Origin: Nageia nagi
Lineage: Eukaryota; Plantae; Pinophyta
Direction: 5' to 3'
Assembly: GCA_050084985.1 (NCBI GenBank)
Contig: JBITNC010000001.1
Span: 40,238,001-40,302,000 of the forward strand
DNA length: 64,000 nt
Part shown: in pieces, positions 24,560-38,053 of the stretch
Position numbering within the stretch: the stretch's first letter is position 1
Layout of the letters: each line of letters opens with the position of its first letter
Translations under genes and position numbers: made by a program
The notes under the pieces: generated by a model
The model's database searches: none
What the model was told of the DNA's origin: nothing
What the model saw: only the letters and a program-made list of their open reading frames with translations

Positions 24560-26560
24560 TAGTGCAAGCTACCAAAGCTTTGCAAAGTTGGGATGGTTAT
24601 GAAAAGACTGATTATAAACATTTTCAAGATATTACATAAAATTTCTAAGAAACATAAAATAGTTGATGAAGATGTGATGCTTATATTGCTTACCATGTCT
24701 CTCTCTCCAGTAAGTTTTTGGATTTTATAGATCACTTCAAACTAATTCCATTACTACATAGCCTTAGCTTGCAGAACCCCTCATTCTAGAATTTAACAAG
24801 GTTAGTGATACTTACTCATTGTTATAATAGTTTACTATTATTTAAAGATATCCTATGGAGAATATTTCTAAATTTAATCTTAGATTTGTAAAATCTTAGG
24901 AAATATTACCTCTAGTTATGAGGCCACATCCTTCTATAGTTTTGATGTTTTACCTTAGGGCTTTCACTCTAGACCTAGCCTCTAGGATTTAGATGAATAA
25001 ACCAAAATAATTTTTGAATATTTATAAGGGTACTTTATAAGCTAAATCTATGCTTATTTTATTAAAAAATCTTCACGCTAAAGTATTTACACCTCTCATA
25101 GTTGCACCCTCATCCTCCATGTAACCTTTGGTACAAACTTATCATACTTCACATATGAATTTAGCCCCTCAATTACCATCATTGTACCTTAAAGTACCAT
25201 AACCTCAACTTGCTTTACCTGCTCTATGACCAAAGCTTACCTTATCAACTCATGTTTTGAAATTAGCACTTCCCATGCTTTCTCCTACTAGCAACCTGCA
25301 ATAAGAAAACATGAATCAAATGAAGATTACTAAGTTAGAATCCCTAGTAAGAACTTTATCAAATTAGAGGATAGCTGAACAAAGAGTAACTTAGAGATAA
25401 GATTACTATGATCAAAGAGATGATGAAGAATAATAAAGAAGACATCCCTTTCCTTCTAGATATCAATAACAATAATAAAGGGATCTCCCCATGATTGATA
25501 GAGTTTATATGTCTCCAAAGGCATATGTTCCTCCTCCCAATTAAGATTGGTGTAGATCTTGTAATGATCCTCATATTTAGAATTCTTATATTATCTACCA
25601 AAACCAAATTAGATTAGAATAAAATGATTTAGTTAATATTGATTACTATATGGATGAAACAACATCAAAATCTAATCTCATGATTCTACCAAAACCCTCA
25701 AATAGAGCAGTTGAAACTAGGTCTACAATTAGACAATTTCAACCCTAGAGGTAGATATAATCACATAGTTAATCCTACTCAAACACCATCTACTTCTTAC
25801 TCCAATTTACCATAAAAGAGGCCCATTAGTGAATCTATGGCTACATATAAGGGTTTTTTGAAGAAAAACAAACTAGCTACTCAGCTTGTTACTTCTCCTA
25901 AAATTCAAGAAAGGGAGAAAGTAGCTAAGACGTTTAAATTCCCATCTTTGACAAGGGCTTAAAGAGAAGAAGTAGTTCAATGAAAATATCTAAAAGAGAG
26001 TTCTTGTATTATCCCATACAATATTGTGAATGAATTGAAGAAGATACCATCAAGAGAATCACTCTTTGATGCCTTATGCATACCTAAACAAATTGACCTA
26101 CTGAAGGTATCATTGTTGATACAAACTAAAGGAGATGATAGTTAGAATTGTAGTCTATATGCAAATACAAAACTACCAAGTATGTGTAAAAATAAACCTC
26201 ATTTTTACATTAACCTTGAATTAAAAGGGTATATTTTTGATAATTGCATTATAGATTTAGGGGTAGCTATAACAATTATGCCCAAGATGGTATATGATGT
26301 CATTAGACTTATCTACACTATAGACTCCCTTGTAACTATCTAGTTAGATGGAACAAATGTAAAAACCATTGGTGTAGTTAGAGATGTGCCAATGAAGCTT
26401 CATAAGTGTTTAATGATTTTAGTCATACAAGATATCATAGTTGTATACCTTCCCCTATTTTTGGTTTGTGCTTATCTAGAGAGTTTACATTCAAACTAGG
26501 ACGGCACTTAGATATAGATTATTCCAATATGTATTTTCCTTTCAAGAATAGAATAGTTAA
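24560..26560 (+). pseudogene. gag and protease remnants of the TatII-like element
   Basis: HKIVDEDVMLILLTMSL (gag); ENISKFNLRF; NCIIDLGVAITIMPK...LDGTNVKTIGVVRDV (protease) at ~26240-26390. Confidence 0.75.
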
Positions 26561-26799
26561 TATTATTGATGAGACTACTATAGGATTTCTCACTAAGAAA
26601 CTCCCCCAAGTTAGCATGATTAGTGAGTAGGCCTTGTTTCTTGTTAACAAATAATGTTGAGATGGAATTAGAATCTATAGATTTAGTTTTTGAACTTATA
26701 ATTAATTAAATTAATATCAAGGTCATGGGTAATTATGTAATTCTTGAATATATCATTGATATTCTAAACCTTACCCTTCAAGAATTAAGGAAATAAGAA

Positions 26800-27160
26800 T
26801 TATGGACAATGCATTTTGATGGGGCTAAGTCTAAGAATGGTGCTAGTGTTGGAGTTATTTTGAGATCCCCTTATAGTGAAATAAAAAAATATTATTTCCA
26901 TCTTACTTGAAGTTGTACAAAGAACACAATAGATTATGAAGCCTTATGCTTAGGAATGGAATAAGCTACTAAGTTGAAAATAAAATGTTTAACCATTTTT
27001 GATGATTTAGAGCTGGTTATCAATCAAGTGACTAATTAGTGTTCAAAAAAACATCATTATCTCAAAAAATACAAAAATAAATTATGGGATCTATTGAAGA
27101 GTTTCAATGCTCTCAATTAGGGATCAAAACTTTAAAGCTAATGCCTTATCTCAAAAGGGA
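26800..27160 (+). pseudogene. Additional archaeal-type RNase H (aRH) upstream of RT
   Basis: LWTMHFDGAKSKNGASVGVILRSP...CTKNTIDYEALCLGME*A.KLKIKCLTIFDDLELVINQV, matching the Tat aRH pattern W.M.FDG..G.G, TNN.AEYEAL..GL, GDS.LV..QV. Confidence 0.9.
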
Positions 27161-27569
27161 TCAAGGTTTAATCTTGCACATCACTAGCTAAGGAAAAAGG
27201 TATTCAACTAATTTTCAAGCCTTTTATTCTAGATAATAACTATTTATAGTAAGTTTTTGATGACAATAAGAATATTAATGCTTTATTAGATACATAATTG
27301 TTATGCTCAAATAGCCAAGAGTCACTAATTGAGGCTTTTCGATATAAAGATTCATTACAGTTGAAAAATAATGCTTTACCTAGAGGTATTTTTGTATTTG
27401 AAAATATATTTAATAGAGATGATTAGTTAAGAAAAGGAAAACTTTTAGTATCTCCCAATAACTTCAAAGAGTTAGAAATAGCTTCCAAAAATGTTCTCTA
27501 TGTTAGTATCAAGAATACACTAGAAGATATGTTTGAGATAGCTGAAATCATGAAGGAGTTTGATGGTAT

Positions 27570-28880
27570 CATGGCATGGAGATATGATGATTTAAAGGTG
27601 TTCAATAAAGATATTATCTAACACACCATAGAGCTAGTGGAAGAGGTGATCCCTTTTCGATAGAAATAGAGACCAATAAATCCTAAAATTGAAGTAATAA
27701 TGTAACAAGAAATTCAAAATTTATTTCAAGTTAGGATCATATATGCCATCAAAAATTCTACCTGGGTGGCTAATATGGTGCCAATTAGTAAGAATAATGT
27801 AGATATTAATAGAGCCTCACTTAAAGACAACTATCATTTTCCTCCTATCAAACAAGTTCTACATACTACTATAAGATCAAAGTATTTTTCCTTTCTTGAT
27901 GGCTTCTTTGGATACAATCAAATCTAGATGAATAATGAAGATCAACATAAAACAACATTCACCATGAAGTGGGATACATTTGGTTTCTAATGAATGCCTT
28001 TTAGCTTATCCAATGCTAGGGAAACTTTTTAGAGGGATATGGACAATGCATTTGGTGAGTTGATCAACAAAATAGTTTTAGTTTACTTAGATGATATCAT
28101 AGTTTTCTCAAAAATGAAAAAGGACCACTTTCCACATCTCTAGGAAACTTTTTAAAAATGTCAAGAATTCAAAATCTCATTGACTTCAAAGAAATTCATA
28201 TTTGAAGTGGATCAAGGAAATTTTCTTAGACTTTTGATTGCAAAAGATGACTTCTTAATTGATCTGAAGAGAGAGGAAGTTATTTCCAAACTCACTCTTT
28301 CATATAATATCAAGAAGTTGTGATCATTTTTGGGTTAGATTAATTTTATAAGAAGGTTCATCCAAGACTTTATTAAAATTATCCAGCCAATAACAAAATT
28401 GCTTAAAGATAAAGTTCCTTTCAAGTGCAAAATAAATTGAGTTATGGGTTTTGAACATATTAAATTAGTAATCATGTTCTCTCTAGTTTTAAATAATCTT
28501 AATTTCTCAAAGGAATTTATCATGTATTATTATGGATTAGAGAAGAGCATAGCAACATTCCCAATGCACAAAGAAGATAATGATGATGAAGACCCTATAG
28601 CCTTCTTTAGCCAAACTCTACATAAGACTAAGGAAAGGTATCAATCCATTGTAAAATAGATGTTCTCTATAATGAAATCCCATAACAAGTTTAAGCACTA
28701 CATATCTAAGAGTAAAATTTGAGTGCTTACCATTAACCTTGATGTGAGAAGTTACATCTTACTAGGTGAGATGGATTTTGGTAGGGATAGATGGATTACA
28801 AAGATTCTGAAGTATGATGCTAAAATCCATCATACTAAGGTAGGTAAGGGGAGATATATTTGAAAATAGTTGGTTGAAGA
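27570..28880 (+). pseudogene. RT and gypsy RNase H of the TatII-like element
   Basis: AWRYDDLK; STWVANMVP; FSFLDGFFGYNQI; DQHKTTFTMKWGTF; MPFSLSNA; VYLDDIIVFS (28081); PIAFFSQTL; RWITKILKYD. Confidence 0.9.
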
Positions 28881-29099
28881 TCAAGGCTTTGAAGATGTCA
28901 TGATTATTGAAGTGGAAGATGAAAATAGAAAACTTTTGAAAGTGTTTTAAGAACTAAAATATTAAATAACACAACTTTGTATATATTTCGATAGTGGTTA
29001 ATGAACATATGGAGTCAATGCTTCTTAAAGGAGAAGGTTTAGATTAAATGCTATTAATTAATATAAGATAGAGATCATGTATTGAACAAAAATAATCAT

Positions 29100-30220
29100 G
29101 ATGGAATGCTATTGATATGCATTTATCCTAAGAAAGTTACTGAAGTGCTAAAGAAATTTTATTCTAGGTTTTCCAAAGGTCAGTATTCAAGTTACACCAC
29201 TACTATAAAAATTTTACATATAGGTTTTTATTAGACTTCCTTGTACATAGATTCATTAAAAATTTCTAAATAATGTGAAAAATATCACATATTTATGGGA
29301 AGGAGAAGAATGATAACCATGCCTTTGCAACCTATCATAGTAGAAGAGCCTTTCCAACAATGGGGCCTTGATTTTATTGGCATGATTAATCCAGGGTATT
29401 CATCCAAAATAGATTCATATTGATAACTATAGACTATTTTATAAGATGGATGGAAGCCTCTACTACTAAATACCAAGATCAAGATACTATCATCTCTTTT
29501 ATGAAGATAATTATTACAAGATTTGGTATTCCATAAACTATTATATCATAAAATAGTCTAATATTTTTAGGGATAAGAGTTTCAAAGTTTACTCTTAACT
29601 ATGGCATTTACTAGAAAAATTCTTCCAATTATTACCCCCAAGGTAATGGATTAACTGAGTTGAAAAATAAGAATCTATTAAAAATCCTAAAGAGGCTAGT
29701 GGATGAAAATTAGAGAGAATGGGATAAGAAGCTCAACCTTGCATTATGGGTGAACTAGATCACTTATAAATATTCTATAAAAAACTCTCTATATGTTCTA
29801 GTTTATAATAAAAGATCTATATTTCCATCTCACAATGAGTTACTAGCATTACAATTGATTAACTAATATTAGATGAATGATTCAGACCCATTGCATGTAA
29901 GGATGTTCAATCTTATCTACTTAGATGAGATCCAAGATTATTCATATAGAGAAATCTAAAAGAGAAATAGTGTGGTGAAAAAATGTATTGATAAGAGGTT
30001 TGCATCCAATGTTTCTTTAAATCCTAGTGATTTAGTTCTTAAATGGGATGAAGATCATGCCAAGCTTAGGTGCCACTAAAAGTTCAATTTTATGTGGTTT
30101 AGACCTTATATCATTATCAAAGAAATCTAAAACAACACATTCAAATTGGAGGCAGCAAATGGTCCGATCCCTTTGATCATGATCAACATCCAACATTTAA
30201 AGTTGTATACTACATGTTAA
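29100..30220 (+). pseudogene. Integrase of the TatII-like element
   Basis: PLQPIIVEEPFQQWGLDFIGMINP; IDYF..W.EA; ITRFGIP; SNYYPQGNGL; DLVLKWD; WFRPYII; NIQHLKLY. Confidence 0.9.
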
Positions 30221-30559
30221 TTGCTTAAGTTGTATTATATATACATATGTAATTTTAAATTTTCTTACACATGATTTTTGAGGTGCAACCTTTCATAAAT
30301 TAGGGTAGTTAAGAATTTGTAATTCATTTTTAATCCCATTTTAAGTATGTACCTTAGTCATTTTTACCTCTACATTTTTGAGTAATTGAGAGCTTAGGGT
30401 TTTAGAGCTTTTATCAGTTCTATCTTTGAATTTGATCTTTCTAGCTCAAACCATAATTTTTGTCAAAATAGGTAAGTCTTTCATAGATCAAGTCACATTA
30501 CATGATAAGGGTGATAATTGTTTTGATACAAATTTATTAGAAAATCATGTAGATTTGAA

Positions 30560-33500
30560 AGTAAACCTCCCAATGCCATAAATACCAAGGATAGTTCATT
30601 ATGGGATTTATTATATAAAATTTAATTATATCATTTTTATAGGAGAGGTGTCATCCATGCCCCAAATTTATATAATACCTAGCTCCTAAAATTATCATAG
30701 ATTCCAAGAATATTCAAAGTAGTGAGGGAGCTATAATTCTAAACTTGAGTAGATTTGCAATGTACAAAGATTTATTTTAGCCATATTCATCTAAGGCCTA
30801 GGCAAGTGTGAAGGTTTCCATAAAGGATAATGAAAAATACCCCTTGGAATGGTTAAAACCCTTTTTGTTGATTCCTACCATAGAGAAGAAGAACTTTTAT
30901 GAGATATTAGGGTTTAAATCCAACTTTTCTTGATTCCTTTTCATGATCATGAAGTTGTATGGAGAAAAAGATAAACAAATTATACAATTGGAGCATGTAA
31001 GTATGGATTTAAGGACTATCAAAAACCATACTTAGTATCATTACTATTGGTACAAGATGATTAATAAAAGCCTAGCTGTTAGATTGGTGAATAAGGATAG
31101 ATTAAATAGATACCATTATTCCTCTTTGTTGTACTAATTACTTCTCCATCAACATATGGAAGCCTTCCCATACTTATAATTGTCCTAAACAAATAAAAAA
31201 GGAAGTCTCTAGAGGGTATATGAGTGGAATCATGTGCTAAGAATTATTATATCCTACTATGATTTTGTAAGATATTTCCTCTTCCCTTCTCTCAATATCA
31301 TTTCTAGAAAAACCCATCCTAGATTGTCAAAGCTAGCAATTTCAAATTTGAAGGAAGGATAGTTCCATAAAGGAGATTACTATTTCATAAATACTTACAT
31401 AGTTATTATGTTTAATGGATTTTATGATAAGCTGATGAAGCTACCATTTTTTGTATCCAATTAGATTTTTTCCATGGAGGTTACCATATAAGAAGACTAT
31501 GTTGAGATGTCATGGGGATTTGTTAAGGGAAAAGGAGCTTATACACATATTACCTAGGCTTCAATTCTATTCAAGCATCCAATAAAAATTGTTAGAGATA
31601 CTTGATAACAAAAATGCAGAGATTACAATTGGAGTAGATTTTAGTATCTTGGCCTTATGACCTTATGAGAAGTTTTATGGCATAATTGAAACCATTCAAT
31701 TCAAACCCTAATTTTATTAGAGAATAAATGGATAAATTTGAAAATTACAAGAATAAATCTAAATTTGGACCCTTTTTCCCAAATTCTCTATTAGAAACTT
31801 TATATATTCCTTTATGGAGATGAAATTACACCATTAGAGTTGACTTCACTTTAGCTATTGATAAAGAAATAAGATTTCCAAAGGCTTGTTACAAAAGCCT
31901 TGATAGATCATAATGGTTGGAGCATAAAAAGAAGTGTTTCATACAATACCAAATAGAAGGCAACCAAAAATATATGACATGGATGTGCAACTAATATAAG
32001 GCATTCTTTGATGCATATGAAAAGGGGTACATCGTAGATAAGGAAAATGACTCAAAGAAGAAAAGATTCAAAACTATTAATAAGATTATAGAGGATGTAA
32101 AGAATAAGGGTTAGTTGACTATAGAGGAAAAGGCCTCACTAAAAAAGTAACAAAATTAAGGTATCATCATAGAGTTACTCCCTTCTTCCATGAAGGCTAG
32201 TACTATAGGATGGATGGATGAAAAGGAAATGTTAAATAAAGACATTACTTACATGAAAGAGCTTGAAAGGAAATTGGCTAAGGAATATGAATAGAAAACA
32301 AAGGAGTAAGAAAAGATGGATGCTACTTTGGATAAGTAGTTAGAGAAGGAAGAAGCTCCTATAAAGAAGAAAATCATTTGAAAAAGAAAAGTTAAGCCTC
32401 CATAGCAGACTTACAAGAGAACTAAGAAGGACCAAAAGCCTCAACAGAAGCCTCAACCTATAAAAATGACTCTTGAAGGATCAAAAATAGAGTGTGATGA
32501 GCCAACTAAAGATGTCACTATTTCTAAACTTGATAATTTTGAAAGAGAAGATACTGATTTGAATTAGCCCTTCAAGGTGGCCCTACTCCTAGGAAGAAAA
32601 AGAAGATAAATTTGTAAGTGCAATAAGATAAATAACAAATGTTGAAACCTACTTAAATTGTTCCATATTTGCAACATACAGTTCTAGCAAGCCCGCAAAA
32701 TGTAGTATTCATAAGTGATAAATTAGCTAATGAAAAAGATGTTATTGTTACTATTGTACCTCTCATATTCATCTAAAATATAGAAACTTCTTCTCAACCC
32801 ATAAATTATAGAAGTATTGATAAATCAAACAAAGAGTGGTTTAGGAAGAATCAAAAGGAGTAGAGGATTCAAGGGAAGATTCAATTGGACATTACAATTA
32901 ACATCTAGATGAAAGTTTTAGATATCTATACTACATAGCTTGATCCATCATCTAGACAACCTTTATATGCTAAAGGTATGTCTTTACAATTGAGATCAAA
33001 CAAAATAAGTTGGATGGAAAAGACAAAGATAATGAGAATTGAAATAACATTGATGGATGCTTATGTGAATATGTTGGAAAGGAAAGTCAACAAGTTAGAG
33101 AAGTAGTAAGCTATTACTAATGAGGAGAAATTCTATTTTGCATAAATCAACTTGTTGAAAAAATAGATTTAGTAGTTACAGGAAGTTGTTGTGTCCTCAA
33201 AGTTAGCCAAAGTAGTAGAAGAAATAAAAGAAGAGTAGGAGACAAAAGGCATAAAGCTCACTATGAAAAATCATTGGATTGATTCCTTAGAGCTAGAAAG
33301 TTATTCTTTGAAGGCTTCATGAGGAAACAAAGAGACATAATATGACTCTTTGGAAGAAGAGGAAATTAAGCTAGATGAGGATCTTAATGCTTTGCAAAAT
33401 GTAGATGCATAAAAAGATATAGATTTGAAGATAATAACATAAAATTTTGCTAAGGTAAAGGTGGAGTTGGAGGAAAGGTTGGAGATTAAAGAACAAAATC

Positions 33501-34070
33501 TAACCTAGGACATCAAGGCACCAATTCAAATATGCCTACCCATAGATAACTTGAAGAGCATTAAATCTGGATACTAGGTTAAGGTTACACCCATCTTGAT
33601 TTTATTAAAGTTAGTTAGGGAGTATATATTATATACTTAAAAGAAAATAGATGAGTATAAGGTTATTATTGATATGAAGAGCAGAATTGTAAAGATGTCT
33701 TCTAATAATGTGGAGGTTATTAAAGTGATGAACCTAAAATATGTTTCAAACACAAGAATAAATAACTCCCATGATAAGATACTTGCAATGTCTCATAAAG
33801 TGGCCTATTTGCATGGATAAATGTATGAAATAACTTATGTTGGATATTAATAGATTAAATGATGCCCTAAAAGTTTTTGACAAAGATAAAATGCCTTCCC
33901 TATACAAGAGTGATAAGAATATATATACAATGAGTGAGATGAAAGCATTTTTTTATTAGGCACATAAGATAGATGATTCTTTTTCAAATTAAACAAAGGA
34001 TAATTTTGAAGATAAGTTCTCAAAGTTTGTTCAAGAAATGATGAAGGTAGAAAAGTGGGTAACTAATTGA
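30560..34070 (+). pseudogene. Long decayed 3' accessory ORF of the TatII-like element, function unknown
   Basis: Coding-like for ~3.5 kb: MKLYGEKD; YWYKMI; YHYSSLLY; HPRLSKLA..GDYYFINTYIVIMFNGF...KLPFFVS; K/E-rich and coiled-coil distal half. Confidence 0.6.
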
Positions 34071-34329
34071 CAAGGATCAAGTAAAATATTAATTTGAATA
34101 TTATTAATCATTTTATTTCTTTGGCTATACTTATTTAAGATATATGTATACCATATGAGGAGGAGTGGACCACAAACTTAGCTATTTTTTCAAAAGATGC
34201 ATCGAAGGATGGAATAGTTTGAGGTACCTTTTTATACAATTTGGTAGCAATTTCTTTTATATAGAGTTTATAGTTTTTGTTCTTGAATTTGAGATTTGGT
34301 AGTACAAATCTACCAACAAGTTACCAAAA

Positions 34330-35583
34330 TGTATATCCATACATATTTTGGAGTTATAAGAAGAGTTTTATATGGGTATTCTCTTTTTCCATCCTTTATT
34401 TTTTTTGGAATAATTTATACTTAGTAAAATTTAGACATTGTTATAATGTTTAATTTTGATAGAGATCCAACATTATTGGTGTGCACATACTTTGTTGGAA
34501 TGATGACATAATTAGTGAGTGCAAGGAATTAGTCATTTTTTTAGCATTTCTTGTAGTGTTCAATTTCAATAAATGTTCAACAATTTGGTGATGTATGAGC
34601 TTTTCCAGAATGGTGTTGGGATCATCATAGTATTATACTTAGCTATTTATCATGTTTTTTAGAATATTTTATTTTGGTAAAGAGCTATTAGAGTAGAGAA
34701 GATCAGGTTTCATCAAAATAATCCACTTTATTTAGTATTTGATTTTGATGATTATGTTAGAATGCAAGTACCTATAAATAGTTCCAAAACCCCAAAAAAA
34801 TACATTTTCATTCCAAGAAGGTGATTTTGACTTCCAAATTCAAAGTTTCAATTTTTAGATGAACTAAAGAGTGTTATCACACCTAGAAGATTATTCTAGA
34901 TACTTGTAAATCAAAATTTGATTTGAAAAATCCAATTAGATATCAAATCTAATATGTTAGTTAGTTACAGATATTTTATATGTTATATTTTGTTAGGATT
35001 TAGTTAGAAGATATTTTATAGAGGTAAAACTATAAATATCTCCTTTGTTGTAATAAAAGAGATTATATATAGTAGATATTACCCCTATTATGTACTTGCA
35101 TCAATGATAATAGAATATAATTTGCTTCTTGATCTCTTGACTATGATTTTCTTATCATTATTCTTAAACCATTGTGTTATATGATTATTTGCACTTCTTG
35201 GACTATGATAAGTTATCAATAGTTAATCTGTATCTACAAAGTGCTTGTATGTTATTAGTATTTAAAGTGTCATGCATTATTTGGTGGTTGCAAAATCAAA
35301 CCATTCGACTAGCTCAGATTTTGCTATAATGAATGTCTATGTTGGTTCAAATTTTTATTTTTGCTTATTTATACTCACTAACTTAGAATCTTAGATTTTC
35401 TTTAGTTTTACAAATTTGCTTTCTATAATCTTTACTTTCGCATTTCTTATTTTGATCATGATAGGATTCAACCTTCTTTGGAGATATATTTCTAGCAATA
35501 AGAATCACATCATCATAATTATAGCTACAACTTTGATAGATGGGTGTATGTATGATTACATAATCCTAGTAGGTAAGCTTACA
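34330..35583 (+). repeat. 3' LTR of the TatII-like element
   Basis: TGTATATCC...GCTTACA followed by TGTAT. Confidence 0.82.
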
Positions 35584-37180
35584 TGTATGATGGTATCTTT
35601 TTGAGAAAAGTCAAAAGATATTTGTACAACTTGCCTATCAACTAGAATAAAGTGTTTAGAATATGTTATTTTTAATGCAAAAGGAACAATGAATAAATTA
35701 TCAAAAAAATATTTTTGAGATGATTCATAGTTCAAAAGATAATATCAAGTAAGCAATGATGATAAAAGAAGATAACAATACAAACCTATGTGGAAAATGT
35801 GTTCTTATGCCAACAATTGAAAATTTTGGAATAAAAAAAGAAACTCTCATAATATAAGATGAATATGAGAGAATGTGTGAATAATTAATGATTGCAAGGA
35901 ATAAATTAATGATGGACCTTATTTCTCAAGAACTTAAATTGGTTGAGAAAATCTAGGTTATGCAAGAACAAGAATTCTCATATCTTAGTGACTACTTATC
36001 ATAAATAAGAAGATAGAAGGAACATGCCCAAAGGTATGCAAAATTACTATTTCAGCATGGGATTAAGTTTTCTCAAGAAGTGTTAATGCCAAAAATGAAA
36101 AAAAGTGAAGGTAAGGATGAACCCTAGATATTGAATTTAGTAGGAGAATGTTCCCGTGCTCCTAAAATACAAATCAATATAAATAGATGGTTTATTTATG
36201 TTTAAAATAAAATGTAATAAAAAGTGTTTTATTATAAAATTTTGATCATTCAGAATACTTCAAGTATGATTCTTTTATTTAAAGGAATTACCATGTCCAT
36301 TGCCAAATTTTGTTATTCATGACAAGGAAGAGTGAATAGATCACATCAGAAGTATCATAAGATATTCCTATAAATCAGAGTTTTATTTTTTGTGAAATAT
36401 ATTAATTTAAGATAATTCATTTAGGTGAGAAGAAAAAAAATTTGTGGTTATTTTTACCTATAGTAATGACTACTGTATTTCATAATTAAAGAATTTAAGC
36501 TTGAACTATAGTTTACAAAATATATTTAGTTACAAGAAAATACATAGTTAGAGAATGTGTTTGACAAATATTTTTGTTTCATCAAAAGAACATCTTAAAT
36601 ATTGTAAGATAGAAAGCTTCTCATTGTAATAAATATGAGATAGTTATAGGTATATCTTTATGGGAAATGGTGTAGGAAACCTTTGGATTTATTCATAAGA
36701 ATATGTATTGGGCATTGATATTATTATTTTAACCATATGATTTGGATTTATAAATCCATATTTTAATCTTAAATATAAAAATTATATAATAAAATAAGAT
36801 AATTTGGAGGATCGAGTAATGATTAAAACTAAAAATTATGTGATGATTCAATAGGAGATTAGAAAAGTCATTGATCAATGATCATGATATATAGTATAAG
36901 GGAACTTCAATATGGTTTCTTTATAAAAGACAACATATTTGGAAAGTTAACCTTATAAAATTATTTTGAAATTAATAAAATTTGATGCTTGTTTCATTAA
37001 ATTTATTGAAAATCATGAATTATCTTGCCATTTAATTGTCATACATACATGACATTCTCTAGATTGTTGAGAAAAGTTATGGAAAATTTAGAAGCTAATA
37101 AATTTTCCTATCAAATCCTAGCTTTTATAACTAGAAATTCATAAAAAAGGAAATTTAATAGTTGTATGAGTACTGGTTTT
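35584..37180 (+). pseudogene. Degenerate integrase remnant of the Tekay-like element
   Basis: Resumes after the TatII TSD; LYGKWCRKPL (cf. Tekay LYGRKCRTPL); IHD near 37047 (cf. IH.VFHVS). Confidence 0.5.
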
Positions 37181-38040
37181 TCTAATTTTTCTTACTTAGA
37201 AGTATGTCTAAGAAATTATAATATATGCTTGTATGATTTAACATTTGAACAAGTAGCAAATCAATAAATGAATGATAATAACCCCTCAAAAAATTCATAT
37301 GAATTATTTTAAGTAATTGATTTTATATGTATATCTTATTTTATGTATTTATGGTTGGATATTCTAGGGTGATTAGATAGTATCCAATTTGAATGAATGA
37401 TTTAATACATGAATAAGAATGGGAATATCTTTGACTTCTCACATGTATATGGGTGAGATAGTTGCTAGACAAAATTCTACATATCATAGTATCAATGAAC
37501 ATTAGATCAATTCACATGTATAAGGGTGAAGTTTTTGACTTTATCACTTCTTAACACATGAAAAGTAATAATATTTTTCTTTTATATGAAAATCAAAGAT
37601 CAAGTGATGATATAATTGAAATATGATTTAGATGATCGGGTGATGGTCATACCAAAATACTATAGCAATTCAAAATGGTTAAGTATGAACCAATAAATAA
37701 TAAATGAGTATGCTTATTAAAGAAAAATCATGGTAATTGTTTGTATAAAAATAAATTCTTCTTAAGATACCGATTGATAGTTGTTCAATATATTGTTGTT
37801 GAAGGAACTTATCTTAACATGTTATAATAGAAGGTAAATCTACAAAAATTTAGAAATTTTCCATTTAAATCTTAGCTTTTTAAGATTGGAAATGTTGTAT
37901 GAAAAAGAAAATAAGTTGTTACAACATCTAATAGGATTATTTTTATGAAATTATTGTGTGTTTAAGATGTATTGGTAATTTTTTTCAATAATTTAATTTA
38001 TTTTGTAACTATGATTAGAACACGGAGGATTGTATTATTC

Positions 38041-38053
38041 CTAAGGGGGAGTA
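38041..38053 (+). promoter_or_regulatory. Polypurine tract of the Tekay-like element
   Basis: CTAAGGGGGAGTA, preceded by GAGGA, directly before the LTR. Confidence 0.8.

Larger units (their letters stand above)
22903..35583 (+). mobile_element. Full-length Tat-lineage Ty3/gypsy element with PR-aRH-RT-RH-INT order (TatII-like), decayed
   Basis: LTR pair 22903-~24150 and 34330-35583, both starting TGTATATCC. TSD GGTAT/TGTAT (4/5). tRNA-Arg-like PBS. Domain motifs are listed in the following features. Confidence 0.88.

Noticed and set aside
34290-34329. A true tRNA gene
   Set aside because: Only a T-arm-like hairpin plus CCA is visible, with no D-arm or anticodon arm. It is reported as a tRNA-like motif only.
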